Source: Callorhinchus milii
Taxonomy: Eukaryota
Length of the DNA stretch: 64,000 bases
Direction: 5' to 3'
NCBI RefSeq assembly: GCF_018977255.1
Contig: NW_024704743.1
Span: 96,536,001 to 96,600,000 of the forward strand
In this document: piece by piece, positions 49,011 to 62,300 of the stretch
Layout: each line of letters opens with the position of its first letter
Numbering within the stretch: the first letter of the stretch is position 1
Notes under the pieces: generated by a model
What the model was told of the DNA's origin: nothing
The model's database searches: none
The model's input: the letters and a program-made list of their open reading frames with translations, nothing else
Position numbers and translations under genes: made by a program

Positions 49011-51014
49011 TGGCTAGTACCAGGTGCTTGGCTCATCCCAAGTATTGAATAATAGTGGGGATTCGTTCCAAGTTTTCGTTCCAAATTGGATAGCACTTTC
49101 AAAAGCTGGCACAGGCATGGCGGTCCGAATGTCCTCCTTCAGTGCTGTAGGATTCTATGATTCTAAGTCTGCCTTTCATACAAGTGAGCTGCTGACAGGG
49201 GCATCACAGCAGCAGAATGTAGTAATTCTCATTGCATACTCCGTTTCTCACCACTTCTTATTTGTCTTCAATTCTTGTCTTGTGATCACCGAACCATTTG
49301 ACATTGTGTTTATTCCAGTTCAGTCCATTCTGCAGCTGTTCATGGACACTAAACTACTTCTTGCTCAGCAATATTTGACAACTGAGAAGTAAAACAGACC
49401 ATCTTCGTAAATCCTGATGAATCTTGATCTAAACAGACAGAATAGGACTCTCATAACTAATATTTGCAATTTTTTTTAACCGTGACGATTACGTGGAGTC
49501 AAACCTTGAAAATGAATGGATTAATCTAAATAAAAAGGAATGGGTTAATTATAAACTGGTAAATTGCAACTTGGGAATTTTGTATGAATATATTCAATTA
49601 CAAGAGTAAATGGTTTTAAATGAAGGCACATTCTAATCTAAGTCTGAAAATCAGTTTATGATGACATTTTTATATCCCATTTCTCTGCCTTTCTCCATAC
49701 CTCTTAATGCTATCACTTGACTAATAAACTATCTATTGATCTTTCTCAATAGAAAGCTATGTGGTTTTAAATGGTTAAACACCGGCAGCACCTTAACACA
49801 TCCTCTGGTATCCCTAAGCCTTGGCTGCTGCCAACCTGCTCCAAGAGCCTTTCTGCCACTTTGGAAGTGCACCCCTAATGCATCAAAGTAAAATTTTCAC
49901 ACCAACTATCCATAGCTCTGAGTGAGATTGACTAACTTTGTACAATCTAAATATCGGCATATCAGCAAGATGTTTATTAGAATTGATTTTCAGCCCAAAT
50001 TTGTAAGGTGAATGTGGTAACTTTCCTCAGTATCTTGTGCCTGGTTCCTTCCCATTCAGTGTCAACTATTCATCTCAGTGGTGTTTTATTTAAAATGAAA
50101 ATAGTTGGTGTTTTCGTATCATTTCTAAAGATTGTCATGTCAGGAAGTGTGCAGCTGTAAACAACCTGTAATTTGGAGATCTTTTGAGTGTGATACCCAG
50201 ACACTGTACCCACAAAATTATCTTGATTAAAGCAAAAGGAATTCCAGAGAAAATGTTGTACTGAAAATGCTGTAATGATCAGGCCAGTGTTCAGGAAACA
50301 AGGCTTCTTTAACAGATGACAAAGCGAGCGTCACACATAAATTTGACGGAAAGCAGAAGAGAGCAAGTTTTTGTTGAGGTTGTGATCAGCAGACTGTCCT
50401 CCAAGTAGATTAGCAAATCTTTCAGCCAATCAAACCGATCTGTTACTGAGCTCAACCATCTAAGACTTGCATTCGATGGAGTCCAATCTATGTGCGATGT
50501 AAAAGCACTTATAACCAGCGAATGCTACATGCATTCAGTTATACACCTGAATGCATTTGACACATATCAATGCAAATACCTGCAGGATTCGTTACTTATA
50601 AATCATTTTGTGACTTGCAATCTGGATCCCTTCAAGGTTCGTAGAAATGAAAGCAGGTAGCCCATTGGGCCCAGCTCCTCTAATCCTATTTCCCTGCACT
50701 TTACTTATTCCCTTTTATATTTGAATCTAAGACAATTTCAATCAGGATCCTTTAATTAAGGAATCCGAGTGAGAATTCCTTCCACTACCCAGAAGATACT
50801 TTATAACAACTTAGAGCATATCACCAAAAGTAGATTCTGTCAGGAGTTTCCCTCAGTCGGTGTGACTTATTTTGCAAATTCCTTAATTAACAAATCCTAT
50901 TTGAAAACTGCCCCACTATAAATTTCCAAAATTCCTCTTGTTCAATTCTCTTAAATCTTATCATGGTCTCAGCCTCGATAATCACTTGTGACAAAGAATG
51001 TCATGATCTAATAA

Positions 51015-51420
51015 AAACAACAACAAAATTACATTTATAGAGCGCCTTTCATGTCGGGAGGACGGCCCAAAGCGCTGAGCAGTCAGCTGTCGGGGCCCAA
51101 GCATGGGGGAAGGGTGGTGTAGGGGTGAGGGAAGGCAGAGAGGTGGGAGGGCGACCAAAGGCCCGGTCGAAGAGAAGGGTCTTGAGACCGGCCTTGAAGA
51201 ATGCGAGGGAGGAAGCGAAGCGTAGGGAGCGTGGGATGGAGTTCCAGAGTGTGGGGGCAGAAAGGCTGAAATCTCGGCCACCGATGGTAGGGCGGGTCGG
51301 GTGGGAGACATGGAGCAGGCCAGAGCCTGCTGAATGGAGGGAACGGGCAGGTTGGTAGGGCGTCAGCAGGTCAGAGAGGTAGGAGGGGGCAAGGCCATGG
51401 ATGGCCTTAAAGATGAGGCC
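51015..51420 (-). mobile_element. L2 LINE 3' end
   Basis: Very similar to 17641-18040. Confidence 0.9.
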
Positions 51421-52952
51421 TTAAGTAACCCCTGCTCATTAACAGTCCTTAACTTTATTCAGATACACTTCCAGAAGCTTTTATGCACTCAAACGTTTAC
51501 GCTACAGTAATTTAACTCAACTAATTTCCTTGCCAACGACTGCATGATGTAATTAATTTGGCATCTGACACATGCGAAAACTCACGACCATGCTTGAGAG
51601 AATGCACGCCAGATTGAGAATTCCACATATGTATGGCACATATATGTGGAAATTTCTGAGTGTCTGGAATAGAATGCCTGGAATATTCTCTTCCTAAATT
51701 CCATAGTATGGCTTGGGATACTACTAAAACCGTATCGTTTGCTAATTGAGATCATTGTCTGGGAAGCTTCCTGGTGCTTGCTCAGCTAAGACTAGCCAAC
51801 CGTTTCTCATGGGATTGCAGATTCTTGCCCACTGCAAATTACATTCTCTTCATTTGTTGTAACTCCATTGTTTTTCATTTCCTCCTGGATGATGCCACCC
51901 TTTGGAACTCTTCCTCCATTCAGCAACTGATCTGATAAACCATTCAGGCTCTATTGTGTCATACCTTTGCATTGGCAAACTGCTTGTTAGAGCTGGGTTG
52001 TCAAAGAATGGCCTGAAGGCAGTGGAAATTACTTCTGTTTAGGGATGATAGGAAATTTTACGAACGGTAAAAATCCATTTGGTCCAACAAGCACATTTTT
52101 GTTCAGTTGAGCCTTCTGTAACATGACTGTCAATGAGGTTGTCAGCTTGGCTCAATTGCTTTCACTCTCACTGTGTTCAGAGAGTGGTAAGTTGAAACTC
52201 ATTGTCAGGACTATGGGCTCGCATTGAGGTTATCAGTTGTAGATTGATTCTTCAGTAAGAGGGTGCTGCATTGTCAGAGATCAATCCAAAAAAGGAATAA
52301 CTTGCAGGGGTAAGTGTCAGTGTGGCTCTTTTCTCCCAAGGGTAGGCAGGCTGTCTGGCAGAGTGCTAGGAGGTCTCACCAAAGGCAAATGGATTCCTTC
52401 AATCCAATCTTTGGGTGGAACACCCTTGAGGCTTTTCCTTCCCCATCTGTGTGAGTCCTGTGACGTAAACAATTTCTGCAGTTTTATTCAAATATCTTTA
52501 TTGGCAGAACTGATGAAAGATACAGAACAGTTGAAGTATTTCCAGTCTCTTCTGTCTCTGATTTTTGCCTTTACCTTCATATAATCAGAGACATCATGGA
52601 AGTGGAGGCTGTTTATCCGATTGTGACTGGGCCATGCTAGCTCCTTGCTATTTTAATTCAATTTCTCTGCTCTTTACTCAAGCCATTTTATATAGTATAG
52701 CTTTCTGCAAGATGCAATCCTCAAAGCAGTCAGGAATAGCGCTGGGACATGTTCTATCCTAATGAGAAAAAAAGCTATTAAACTAGTTTTCTCCTTTACA
52801 TGCTACGTGATCTGCCAATGATTTCCAGTATAACTTCAGATACCCAGAATTCAATTTTTAATTTTAAATGGCTCGCTGGGTATCTGTAAAATTAAAGGGA
52901 CTTTGGTTAACCAAACCAGCCACATAACAAAACCACAGTGCCTACAATTTAA

Positions 52953-53346
52953 GTGTTGGCTTAGCACAGTTGATAGCACTCACGCTGGTGAGTCAGATGC
53001 TTGTGGGTTCAAACCTGACACCTTGATGCTGAATTCACGAACTAAGTTGACTTTGAGGGAGGTGGTGTCCTTTGGATAAGATGCTATATGAGTCTGTCTG
53101 TTTAGGTGGATATTACAGATACAGTTGACCCATTTGGACAGAGAAAGGAGCTTCTCCTGGTGTCCTGGTCATCAATCCCCCAGATAAAATTGATCATTCA
53201 CTTCATTGCTGTTTGTGGGTCATTGCTGTGTGCAAATTGGCTGTCCTGTTCGCCTACAAATATATACTGACTACACTTCACAGTAAAATCCTGCAAAGTG
53301 CTTTGACATGATAAAGCATTATATCAAATGCAAGAATTATTATTAT
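52953..53346 (+). mobile_element. SINE family B
   Basis: Head GAGTCAGATGCTTGTGGGTTCAAA, core, and tail ATCAAATGCAAGAATTATT. Confidence 0.75.
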
Positions 53347-53454
53347 GATTAACCTTTCCTTTTTTTTAAAAGTCTGCTGAAAAAGATTACTGACAAAAAA
53401 AGCATTAAAGGACAGAAAATTGTATTCATTTTCAGCACAGAATGATCATTCGGG

Positions 53455-53930
53455 TGTGATGAAGGGGTGCAGTGCAGATTCACCGGAATGATACCAGGGC
53501 TTAAAAGGTTAAATTATGGGGGTAGGTTACATAAACTTGGTCTGTATTCCCTTGAGTTTAGAAGGTTGAGGGGTGATCTAATTGAGGTTTTTAAAATAAA
53601 GGGATTATGATTGGGTAGTTACAGAGAAACTATTTCCTCTGATAGGAAATGCAGAACAAGGGGGCATAATCTCAAAATTAGAGCTAGCCCATTTAGGAGC
53701 GAAATCAGGAGACATTTTTTCATCCAAGGGCAGTAGAAATCTGGAATTCTCCCCCCCAAAAGGCTGTGGAATTTTCAAGACTGAGGTGAATAGATATTTG
53801 TTAGGTCAGGATATCAAGGGACACGGGGCAAGGGGGATTATTGGACGTGAGGTACAGATCAACCATGATCTTATAGAATAGTGGAACAGGCTTGAGGGTC
53901 TGAATGGCCTACTCCGGTTTCTATGTTTCA
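53455..53930 (+). mobile_element. CR1-clade LINE 3' end
   Basis: VQCRFTGMIPGL, SLEFRRLRGDLIEVFK and TRGHNLK-like remnants; terminus CTGAATGGCCTACTCC...TTCTATG. Confidence 0.85.
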
Positions 53931-54433
53931 TTGCTTACTCCACTCCCACACCTTTATCTCATTATTTTATAATAAAAAGATAGAAGTTTTCAGCATGTAG
54001 AAGGACATTATAACAATAATAATCCTTGCATTTGATATAGCGTCTTATCAAGTTTTCGAGACGTCTCAAAGCGCTTCACAGAATATACTGCAAAGTGAAT
54101 TGACTATATTTTGTGGGCAATTATAGAAATTCAACCAGAATTAGTAGCAGCAGCTAAATAAGAAATGCATAACCACATCAAATAAAAACATAAAGCTGCT
54201 CATTACTTACAGTGGCTGTCTGAGAATATCCAGAAAATACAGCAATAATCTTTACTTAAAATTGAACACAGTAAATTTAGATTTTTTTAAAGGAGAATCT
54301 AAGTGACAGTCTCAAAGTTAAAAATAAGAGAAAAAAGTCAAAGTATTTGCGTGATAGTGAGCTTGTTTTTTTAACATTGTAGATTTCAGGAGAGGACTGA
54401 AGAAGATGAGAAATTCCATGGTTAGTCTGATTA

Positions 54434-54919
54434 AATAATAATAATCCTTGCATTTATATATACTGTACATAGTGTATATATATGTGTGTATAGTGCCTTT
54501 CAGGAGGTTGTCTCAAAGTACTTCACAGGATATATTGGAGTGACTGTATTTTATGAGTGAATTCAGCATCCAATTTCCACGAAGTAATGTCCCTCAAAAA
54601 ACCATGGATTGAATGATCTATTTTAACCTGGGGAAATGTTAGCCAGGACAGTGAGCGAAACTCCATTTGTTTCGAGTATGGGATGGGATCTTTAATGTCC
54701 ACCTTTATGTAGAAGGGACCTCGGTTTAACTTTCATCCGAAGGACATTAGCTTTGATAGTGCAGCACCCATCCCACTTGTATTTGTATGTGTGTGTGTGT
54801 GTGTTTGTTTGTATTTATAGTGTTAGCCTGAACTATGAGCTCAAATTTCTGACGTGCAGCTTGAGCCCACAATGTTCGGATTCAGAAGTGAGAGTGCTAC
54901 CAACTGAGCCATGCTGACA
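54434..54919 (-). mobile_element. SINE family B, full length, with internal (TG)n
   Basis: Head TGTCAGCATGGCTCAGTTGGTAGCACTCTC, core and tail. Confidence 0.8.
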
Positions 54920-54944
54920 CCATTGAATTTGAATCAAAATATAT

Positions 54945-55298
54945 GTGGAGTCCTGTAGCTCAGTGGTTAGAGCACTCGCCTCGCAAGCGAGAGACCTGGG
55001 TTTGATTCCTGGCAGGGCAAAACATTGGGCCAAGTTTCCTTACTCCACACACCTCTGTTTATCTAGCAATAAGTAGGAACCTGATTGATAGTCGATTGGC
55101 AGATTACTTTTCTGGGGTAGTAATTCCTTAAAAAGAATTGGTCACTCAATCAACGACTGTTTGCGGGACACTGCTGTGCGCAATTGGCTGCCACATTTCG
55201 CCCACAAAATATAGCCAATTCACTTGACAATATATTCTATGAAGGGCTTTGAGACAACTTGAAGACGTGAATATCAAATGCAAGTTTATTATTATAAT
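54945..55298 (+). mobile_element. SINE family A (long form), full length
   Basis: GTGGAGTCCTGTAGCTCAGTGGTTAGAGC head and L2-like tail. Confidence 0.9.
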
Positions 55299-56359
55299 GA
55301 AGATGTGGGAGGATAAAATAAATATCGGAGATGAAGGAGGAATCCGAATATTTTGATGGATGCTTCAGCACTGGGGAAGTCAGTGAGATCAGAATTTTGG
55401 TAGAAATTAAAGGGATTAAAAAGTTAGCCTTCAAAATAAGAGATGGAACTTGGGTTCTCACTGCTCCAAATGAAGGATGTAGAGGAGTCGAGGCCAACCT
55501 TTTTGGTCGGCCAACCAAATACATTTTTCCCGACATGAAAGGTGCTATACAAATGTAATTTTGTGGGTGGTGTTGTCAATGCCTCAAAGCATTTCACAGC
55601 TAATTGCTGTCAAATGACTCTGTGTTTGTAGACAAATATAGCAACAGATGTACACACACCAAGGTCTCACAAATAGTAACCAACAAAATACACAGAGACA
55701 TCACTTTACAGTATATCCTGCGAAGCACTTTAAGCCTCCTTGATGATGCGATAAGGTGCTATAGCAAATTCAAGGATGAATACTAATATTATAGTTATAA
55801 TAACCAATTCATCTGGGGGATTGTTGGCTAGGACAGAAGACAAAATTCTGTTCTTCAGCTGAACATCCAGTCAAACAAGCAGATGGGACTTCGATTTAAC
55901 ATCTCATTTGAAGGTTAGAGCCTCTGCCGATACAGTACTCCTCCTGCATTGGCCTGGAATACCGAGATTAGTATGAAATGTAGGCTGCAATTAAATTTTG
56001 TCATTTGCATACACATTTGTATTGTGCCACATCAAAAGTAGCACTCTGTGATCTCCCACTTGCACTTGCTCAAAGAAATGTACAGCTCAGAAGAAGCACA
56101 TGTCTCCTTTACTCATGAAATTTTGATTTTGGTTCCCAAGATCAGTCGAGATTTTATGATCTGCATCACCAGAAACTTTACCACCTTAACATAAAATGCT
56201 GTATTCTAAGCTTACATAAACTGCAGCCGACAGCGAATACTTGTGTCGACACACCAGTGCAATGCAGGGGAAGTGCTGTATTGACAGAATTTCTCTAAAT
56301 CCAACCCAGCGCTATAATCGCGCGCTCAGTCAACATTTCCGTATTCACTTGGCTCTTAT

Positions 56360-56610
56360 TTGTGGGATTGTTGGCCAGGGCAACAGGAAAAGCTCCTTTC
56401 TCTTTTGAAATAATGGGATCTTTAGCATCCACCTAAATAGTCAGGCCTACAGGACTTTGGTTTAATGTCTCAGAGGCATCTCCAACAATGCATCGCACTC
56501 CAGGCTTTACTTTGCAGTGTCAACTTTGACTTTATGAGTTCCAAGAACCGATGTCCGGCTTGAACCCACAATCTTCTGACTCAGAGTGCTACCAACTGAC
56601 ACAAGCTGAT
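56360..56610 (-). mobile_element. SINE family B fragment (head and core)
   Basis: CTTGAACCCACAATCTTCTGACTCAGAGTGCTACCAACTGA. Confidence 0.7.
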
Positions 56611-59600
56611 GGCCTTGGCTCACTTGACATAACTTCCACATAATCAGGTCACTTCCTGGGTGTTGCTCAGGAAATGATGTTGATGATGACCTAAGTTGAT
56701 GTTTTTGGCTCGTCACATGCCAGCAGGTGATTTGGAGTGTAGTTAGATCTGACACGTGCATTATGCATTTTTGGGGTACGTAAATCAGGGTCCATACCCC
56801 GAATACTCTATATGAATCTGCATTATAATGAGGTGCTTTCCAACAGGTTCTAGGTTCTGTGTTTTGGGTGAAAGTCGATCAATATATATGGGGAAGGGAT
56901 AGAGCAGTGGATTGAAAGTGCAGAGCCAGGGTAGACTCTAAGAGCTACTGTAGACTTACTAGGCTGAATGGCCTACTTTGTGCTGTAATTTTCTATGATT
57001 CTGTTTCATACCTAGCCATGTGGCACTCCTGGTTCAAAAGTGTGCACAAAATGCCATGTGAATGCAGTTATAAGCCAGCTCCAAGAATCTGTCACATTGT
57101 TGAAAAAGTTAAGAGGATCTTCCAAACTATATCCTGATTTTCACCAAATATACCATGGGATGGGTGGTGTCATGTTAAATTCCCTACATCCTGCCCCCCC
57201 AACCCCCACAATTTTTGATGGAGAAAAATAGACCTCAAACACAAAAAAAGGCCCAGGTTATTATTTTATGAATAAAAACTGACTTGGCTGCTCCTTATAC
57301 ATACGGAACAACTTGTTTTCAAACAACTTTACTCACTGAAGCTTGGAGGAAAAAGTAAGGATAGTCAAGGCATGCTGTCTGCAAAGATGGAACTCAAAGT
57401 GTTTAATAGAGCGAAATACTCATTAAGATGTTGGCATCTGTACAAAATTAAACATGTGCAAGTGCTCGTGATCTGGACCTCAGTGATCAGCTGCCACAGT
57501 AGTAAATAAACAAGCCATCACTGTTTACCTCTGAGGACCATCTTAATTACTGAAAGCACAAAAGTAAGATACAGCACAATGGTGTTCATATTTTTCACAA
57601 TGATTAGAGTTTTGAATTTAATCCATAGGAACAGGAGGAGGCCGTTCATCCTTCGAACCTGTTCCACATTTAATTAGATCATGGCTGATCTGTTATCATC
57701 TATAATATGATATGAGCAAGTTAATTAATATATATGGTAAGGATACTTATACAACCATGTTGCAGCCGTGATAATTTGATGCTCAAATAGAAGAGTTCCT
57801 AAATGGCTTTTTCGTGGTTTGCAATAACATAACCTGTGATATTGCAGTACAGTACCCACAAGATAAGAGAATTCTCATGGTACACAAACACTACATTTGC
57901 ATCCTAAATAATTTCTGTGCTTTTAAACAATCCATTCAATTCTTATTAAAATTGGATCATATGCTGTAATGAGCTAAGCTCTGGAAAGTATACAGCTATT
58001 CAGTTGTCTAAAATAAAATTCGCAAATTCGGTTTGGAAATTAAATTATTCATTTTATTTTAAATGGATTCCTAGCTATGTGCTCACTTTGTTCTCTTCAC
58101 ATGAGCAGATCTCACTAAAAACAAGAAGGTTTATCCATGTTATGCCTTATAGCCTATTTTTTTAGCATCCTTCCTGCATGCTAAGCATTGTACATGTCAG
58201 TAGAGCTATTTGGTATGACTGTCAGTGTTTTTCTTAAATGCATCTCCACTGAATCATGTGATATTTTAAATTTTCTGCATGTTCAAAACTAAATGTTTCC
58301 CAGCATGGAGGTGCAAGATTTCTGACATTCTTTGTATTTAACTACTTCAACCACGATGCTTAATATCCAGACAAGGTCTTGGCTAAAACGTGTTCCACAG
58401 CCTGCATTTCAAAACTCTTATTGTGGATTGAGCCCAACCCATTCTATTGCTAAGATATATATATTCCCTGGAAAGTGTATTCAACCAAAAATGTACTGAT
58501 TTTTCATCTACCCCACATTTCTTCCATTCAATTATGGTCTCCTCTTCACAAACACGATTTCCCAAGGCACTGGGTCGCAGCAGGACTGAAGCTGTTCCAT
58601 CCTGTGGAGTATTTGTTCCCCTCAGTTTGCAGTTCCTCATCATATCCTCCAATATCATTCCCATGAAAAGACGTATCCATCTTTTTTTAGAAAATAAGTT
58701 AATCCGCAAAATCAGTTTCTCTTTTGAGCTCTGATCCATATATCCAATACTCTGAAGGAAAGACGTTAATCTCTAACCCTGTTTAGAATTTTAAACTCAT
58801 TCCATCTCTACTTTCCTCATCTAAGTCAAACAGGCTGCTTATATCTATGCCACAAGTGCATTTCATCATTTTGAAGACTGAATTGGGAAGTCGAACACTC
58901 AGTTCTGAAAGGCATGAAGCAAATTGCATTAACATCCTTTAGTCACAAACAATGTTTTGGAGAATCCTTCAAACACCTTCACCCTTCAGGATAAAGAACC
59001 AAGTGACTGAGACTATCTCAGAGAATCAAATTGATTCTGACATTCTACTGCCAAGCATGTATATTGGAGTCAGTTTAATGTCAATGAGATCCCACTTCCT
59101 TTCCTTCCTGTCCCTCTCCCCCTCCAAGAGGAAAGTTACTAGTTGACCATTTGATATCTGACAAGTATAGGTTTGAGCCCTCACCAGGTGGATGGCAGGT
59201 ACCAGGAACTTTCTGTGGTTCTCACGGTGAGTCTCCTGAAGCAGTCACCTGGGACACTGTACATTACATTCCCATCTGCAGTTACAGGATATACATAGCA
59301 AAACACAAAGCTTAGTGAGGGTTAGTCACCCCCTTCACTGACCCTAATAATCCTTAGAAATTTGTGGATCATGTAAATGAAGTGCATGTCAATTTACATT
59401 TGTATAGCATCTTTCACATCAGGATGACATCTCAAAGTGATTAACTGCTGGCTGGGCACCTGAGCTGGTAATATGATTGAAGTTTTTTTTTTCTCTGCAA
59501 AATTAAGTGCCAGATAGTAGATTATTATAAACAGTTCACTGCTCAGAGCATGTAGTTGATGATTATATTTTTCAGTATTGGGATGTTTCCTTTTTATATT

Positions 59601-60123
59601 ACTGTGACCTAAATTCACTTGATTTATCCCTGCATTTAGTACACTAAAGATATGTTATGGAATATGTATGTAACACCTTATTAATAAGAACTGACACAGT
59701 GTAATCCTTGTTTGAGCCCGAAGCTTACACACCGTATGGCTAATACCATTTCAGTTAGTGATCCAGACTTGACCAAAAAAAACAACATTAAACTGGTAAC
59801 CTGCACAAGTGCTACTAAATTTTTTTACAGAGATGGTGCCAGACACTGGGGAGGAGGCAGTAGCCTTAGACAGGATCAAAGAGGTAGATTTTCAAGGATG
59901 GATAAAGAGTGGGCAAGGAGGAGCAATTTTGTGAGGGAGTTCCGTAGAGTTGGCATACAAGGTTAGAACAGTTTATTGATAAAATATCCTTCAGATGTAA
60001 CGTGTTGATTTGCCTAACTTCAAGTACCAATTTGCATTACCTTACACTACGTTTGCCTATAAAATACACAGTTATACACTCTACAGTAAATCCTGTGAAG
60101 CACTTTTACAACGGAACATCCTA

Positions 60124-60124
60124 C

Positions 60125-60156
<32 letters not shown>

Positions 60157-60183
60157 TACTTACCTACTTACCTACTTACTTAC
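60124..60183. repeat. Compound (CTTG)n(CTTA)n microsatellite
   Basis: Directly visible. Confidence 0.9.
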
Positions 60184-61113
60184 ACATATATACATTAACA
60201 TCTATTTGCTTTATTGGTCTGGATCTCTTTGAATATTATCTATATCTATTATATTTGTGGCCTCAGCAATGGCGTCATGTTAGCAACATTTGATAGCAAC
60301 AAATATAATGATATTACAAAAAGTGTTTGCAATCAAGTCGTTTGTGATATCACGGAATCTAAAACAGACCTGGAAAATCTGAAAACAGACTTCTGTAGAC
60401 CCCAGAAGCCCCTTGCCACTATACCCTTTTAGATCCTAAAACAGATCCCTCTAAGCCCCAAACAGCCCCTGTAGATCACTATAACAAACCACAGTAGACC
60501 TCTCTCCAGCACGTTGTTATCAAATCCGTTGCTAAAACAGTTTTCACTCCAGGGAGATAATTCTTTGCCAGAAGTTCCAGCTGCTGTTGTTCATGGCTCA
60601 TTTAAACTCAATTTCAGGTCCAGCAACAATTTATTCATCATAAATGGGCACGAAATAACAAAGCAATATTCTACAGTAGAGATTATCCACTATTCCCAAA
60701 TTCAGTAGAATTGGCTTCTTATCTCTTAGAGGTGAATTGTGCTCTGATCAATTTGGAAACATCCTGCTGTTAAGTTAGCTTATTTTCAACAGATCCAACA
60801 CACACAGCTTTCTATCATACAACAGACAGGAAATCCATTCAGGGCTTCCATTTCTGCAGAGGCCTAACTTTTCCATTATATCAGCCTTAAAACCATTGCC
60901 CTAAAGTTCAATATCATGCAGAATTGTGGAAAATTCTTAAATTCAAGCTTAATATGGAAGCCATGTTTCTACAAACCACTGTTGCTTGTATAGACACGGT
61001 TAGTTTAAAAGCTTTCACAAATACAATTTAAAAGAAAGAGTCCAACAGAGCAAAAAAAATCAACAACAAAGAGGAGTTTGAAATAAAGAGCTTGTTCTTT
61101 TTATTTGACAAAC

Positions 61114-61537
61114 TGTCAGCCTGCCCCAGTTGGTAGCTCTCTCGTCTATGAGTCAGAAGGTTGTGAGTTCAGGCCTCAGATCGGGACTATGAAATTGCAC
61201 TCTATGCTAGCACTCTAATTCAGGCCTGTGATGGGCTGCTTGCAATATGTTAAATTGTTGGAGGTACCGTTAAACCAATGTCCTGGCTGCCTGATCAGGT
61301 GGATGTTAAAGATCCCATGGTACTGTTTGAAAAGGGAAGGGAGTTTATCCCCTTGTCCTGGCCAACATTCCCCCAATAAAATTTGATCTCTCACATCATG
61401 GCTGTTTATAGAACATTGTTGTTTGAAAATTGGCTGATGCATTTGCCTACAGATACACAATACTACAGTACAGTAAATCCTGTGAAGCACTTTGAGATGG
61501 CTCACCAACATGAAAGGTGCTGTATCAAATGCAAACA
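61114..61537 (+). mobile_element. SINE family B, full length
   Basis: TGTCAGCC...GAGTCAGAAGGTTGTGAGTTCA head through GTGCTGTATCAAATGCAA tail. Confidence 0.8.
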
Positions 61538-61679
61538 ATATGTATTATAGAGAATTGAATTGTTCATTCTCTTCTTCATTCTTCCCCTTTGAGTCCCAAA
61601 AAGACTTATGTCTTCCCTGACTTTTACTGTTATAATTTGTATTTAATATTTTCATGTTATGTTTTGTATTTTTTTAAAT

Positions 61680-61837
61680 AGATAGATTTTTAAAAAGTAA
61701 AGGATTTAAGGGATATGGGGATAGGGCGGGTAAATGGACTTAGGTTAGTAGATCAGCCATGATATTATTGAATGGCGGGGCAGGCTCAAGGGGCTGAATG
61801 GCCTACTCCTGCTCCTATTTCTTATGATCTTATGTTC
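61680..61837 (+). mobile_element. CR1 LINE extreme 3' end
   Basis: AAGGGATATGGGG...GATCAGCCATGAT...GGCTGAATGGCCTACTCCTGCTCCTAT followed by TCTTATG repeats. Confidence 0.85.
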
Positions 61838-62039
61838 TCATTTGCTGTTGTGTCCTTTTCTGGTTCTCTATTGGCTCCCCTAATCTATTTTTTTATTACC
61901 TCTTTCTGTCCTTAGCTCACTGATCTCGCCTTTCTCCCTACAAGTTTTGTAAATCTTATTTTTATTTTCTTAACCTCCCTTTTTATTTTCCTATTGATCC
62001 ATTTTGGTGTGTCTTTATTGAATTTACCCCCTGCTGCAC

Positions 62040-62300
62040 TTGGGTTGAATTTAGGATTCTCATCCTCGTCTTCAAACGCCTCCATGACTTGATTCTACCC
62101 TACTTCAGTAACTTCCTATTACCCTGCTGGTCCCTGCTTCATGTCCACACCGTTGGTGGGCAGCCTTCAACCATTCTGCCCCCATTCTATCGAACTCCAT
62201 TCCAGAGTCTTTCTGGATTGCCCCCTTCCTCCCAGCTTTCAAAACCTGCCTTGACGTTGCCATCCACTACTTTTCACCTCCCTTCCCCAGCTCCCTCCCT
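62040..62300 (+). mobile_element. Old L2 fragment
   Basis: GATTCTCATCCTCGTCTTCAAA and GGTGGGCAGCCTTCA resemble L2 3' ends elsewhere in the window. Confidence 0.6.

Noticed and set aside
55237..55558. Overlapping ORFs of 99 and 75 aa on opposite strands
   Set aside because: Both run into SINE/L2 tails, with no motifs or splice support.
60360..60505. Degenerate AAACAGAC/GTAGACC periodicity, plus micro-duplications at 5215-5262 and 18535-18560
   Set aside because: Short, irregular slippage-type repeats with no array structure, not CRISPR-like.
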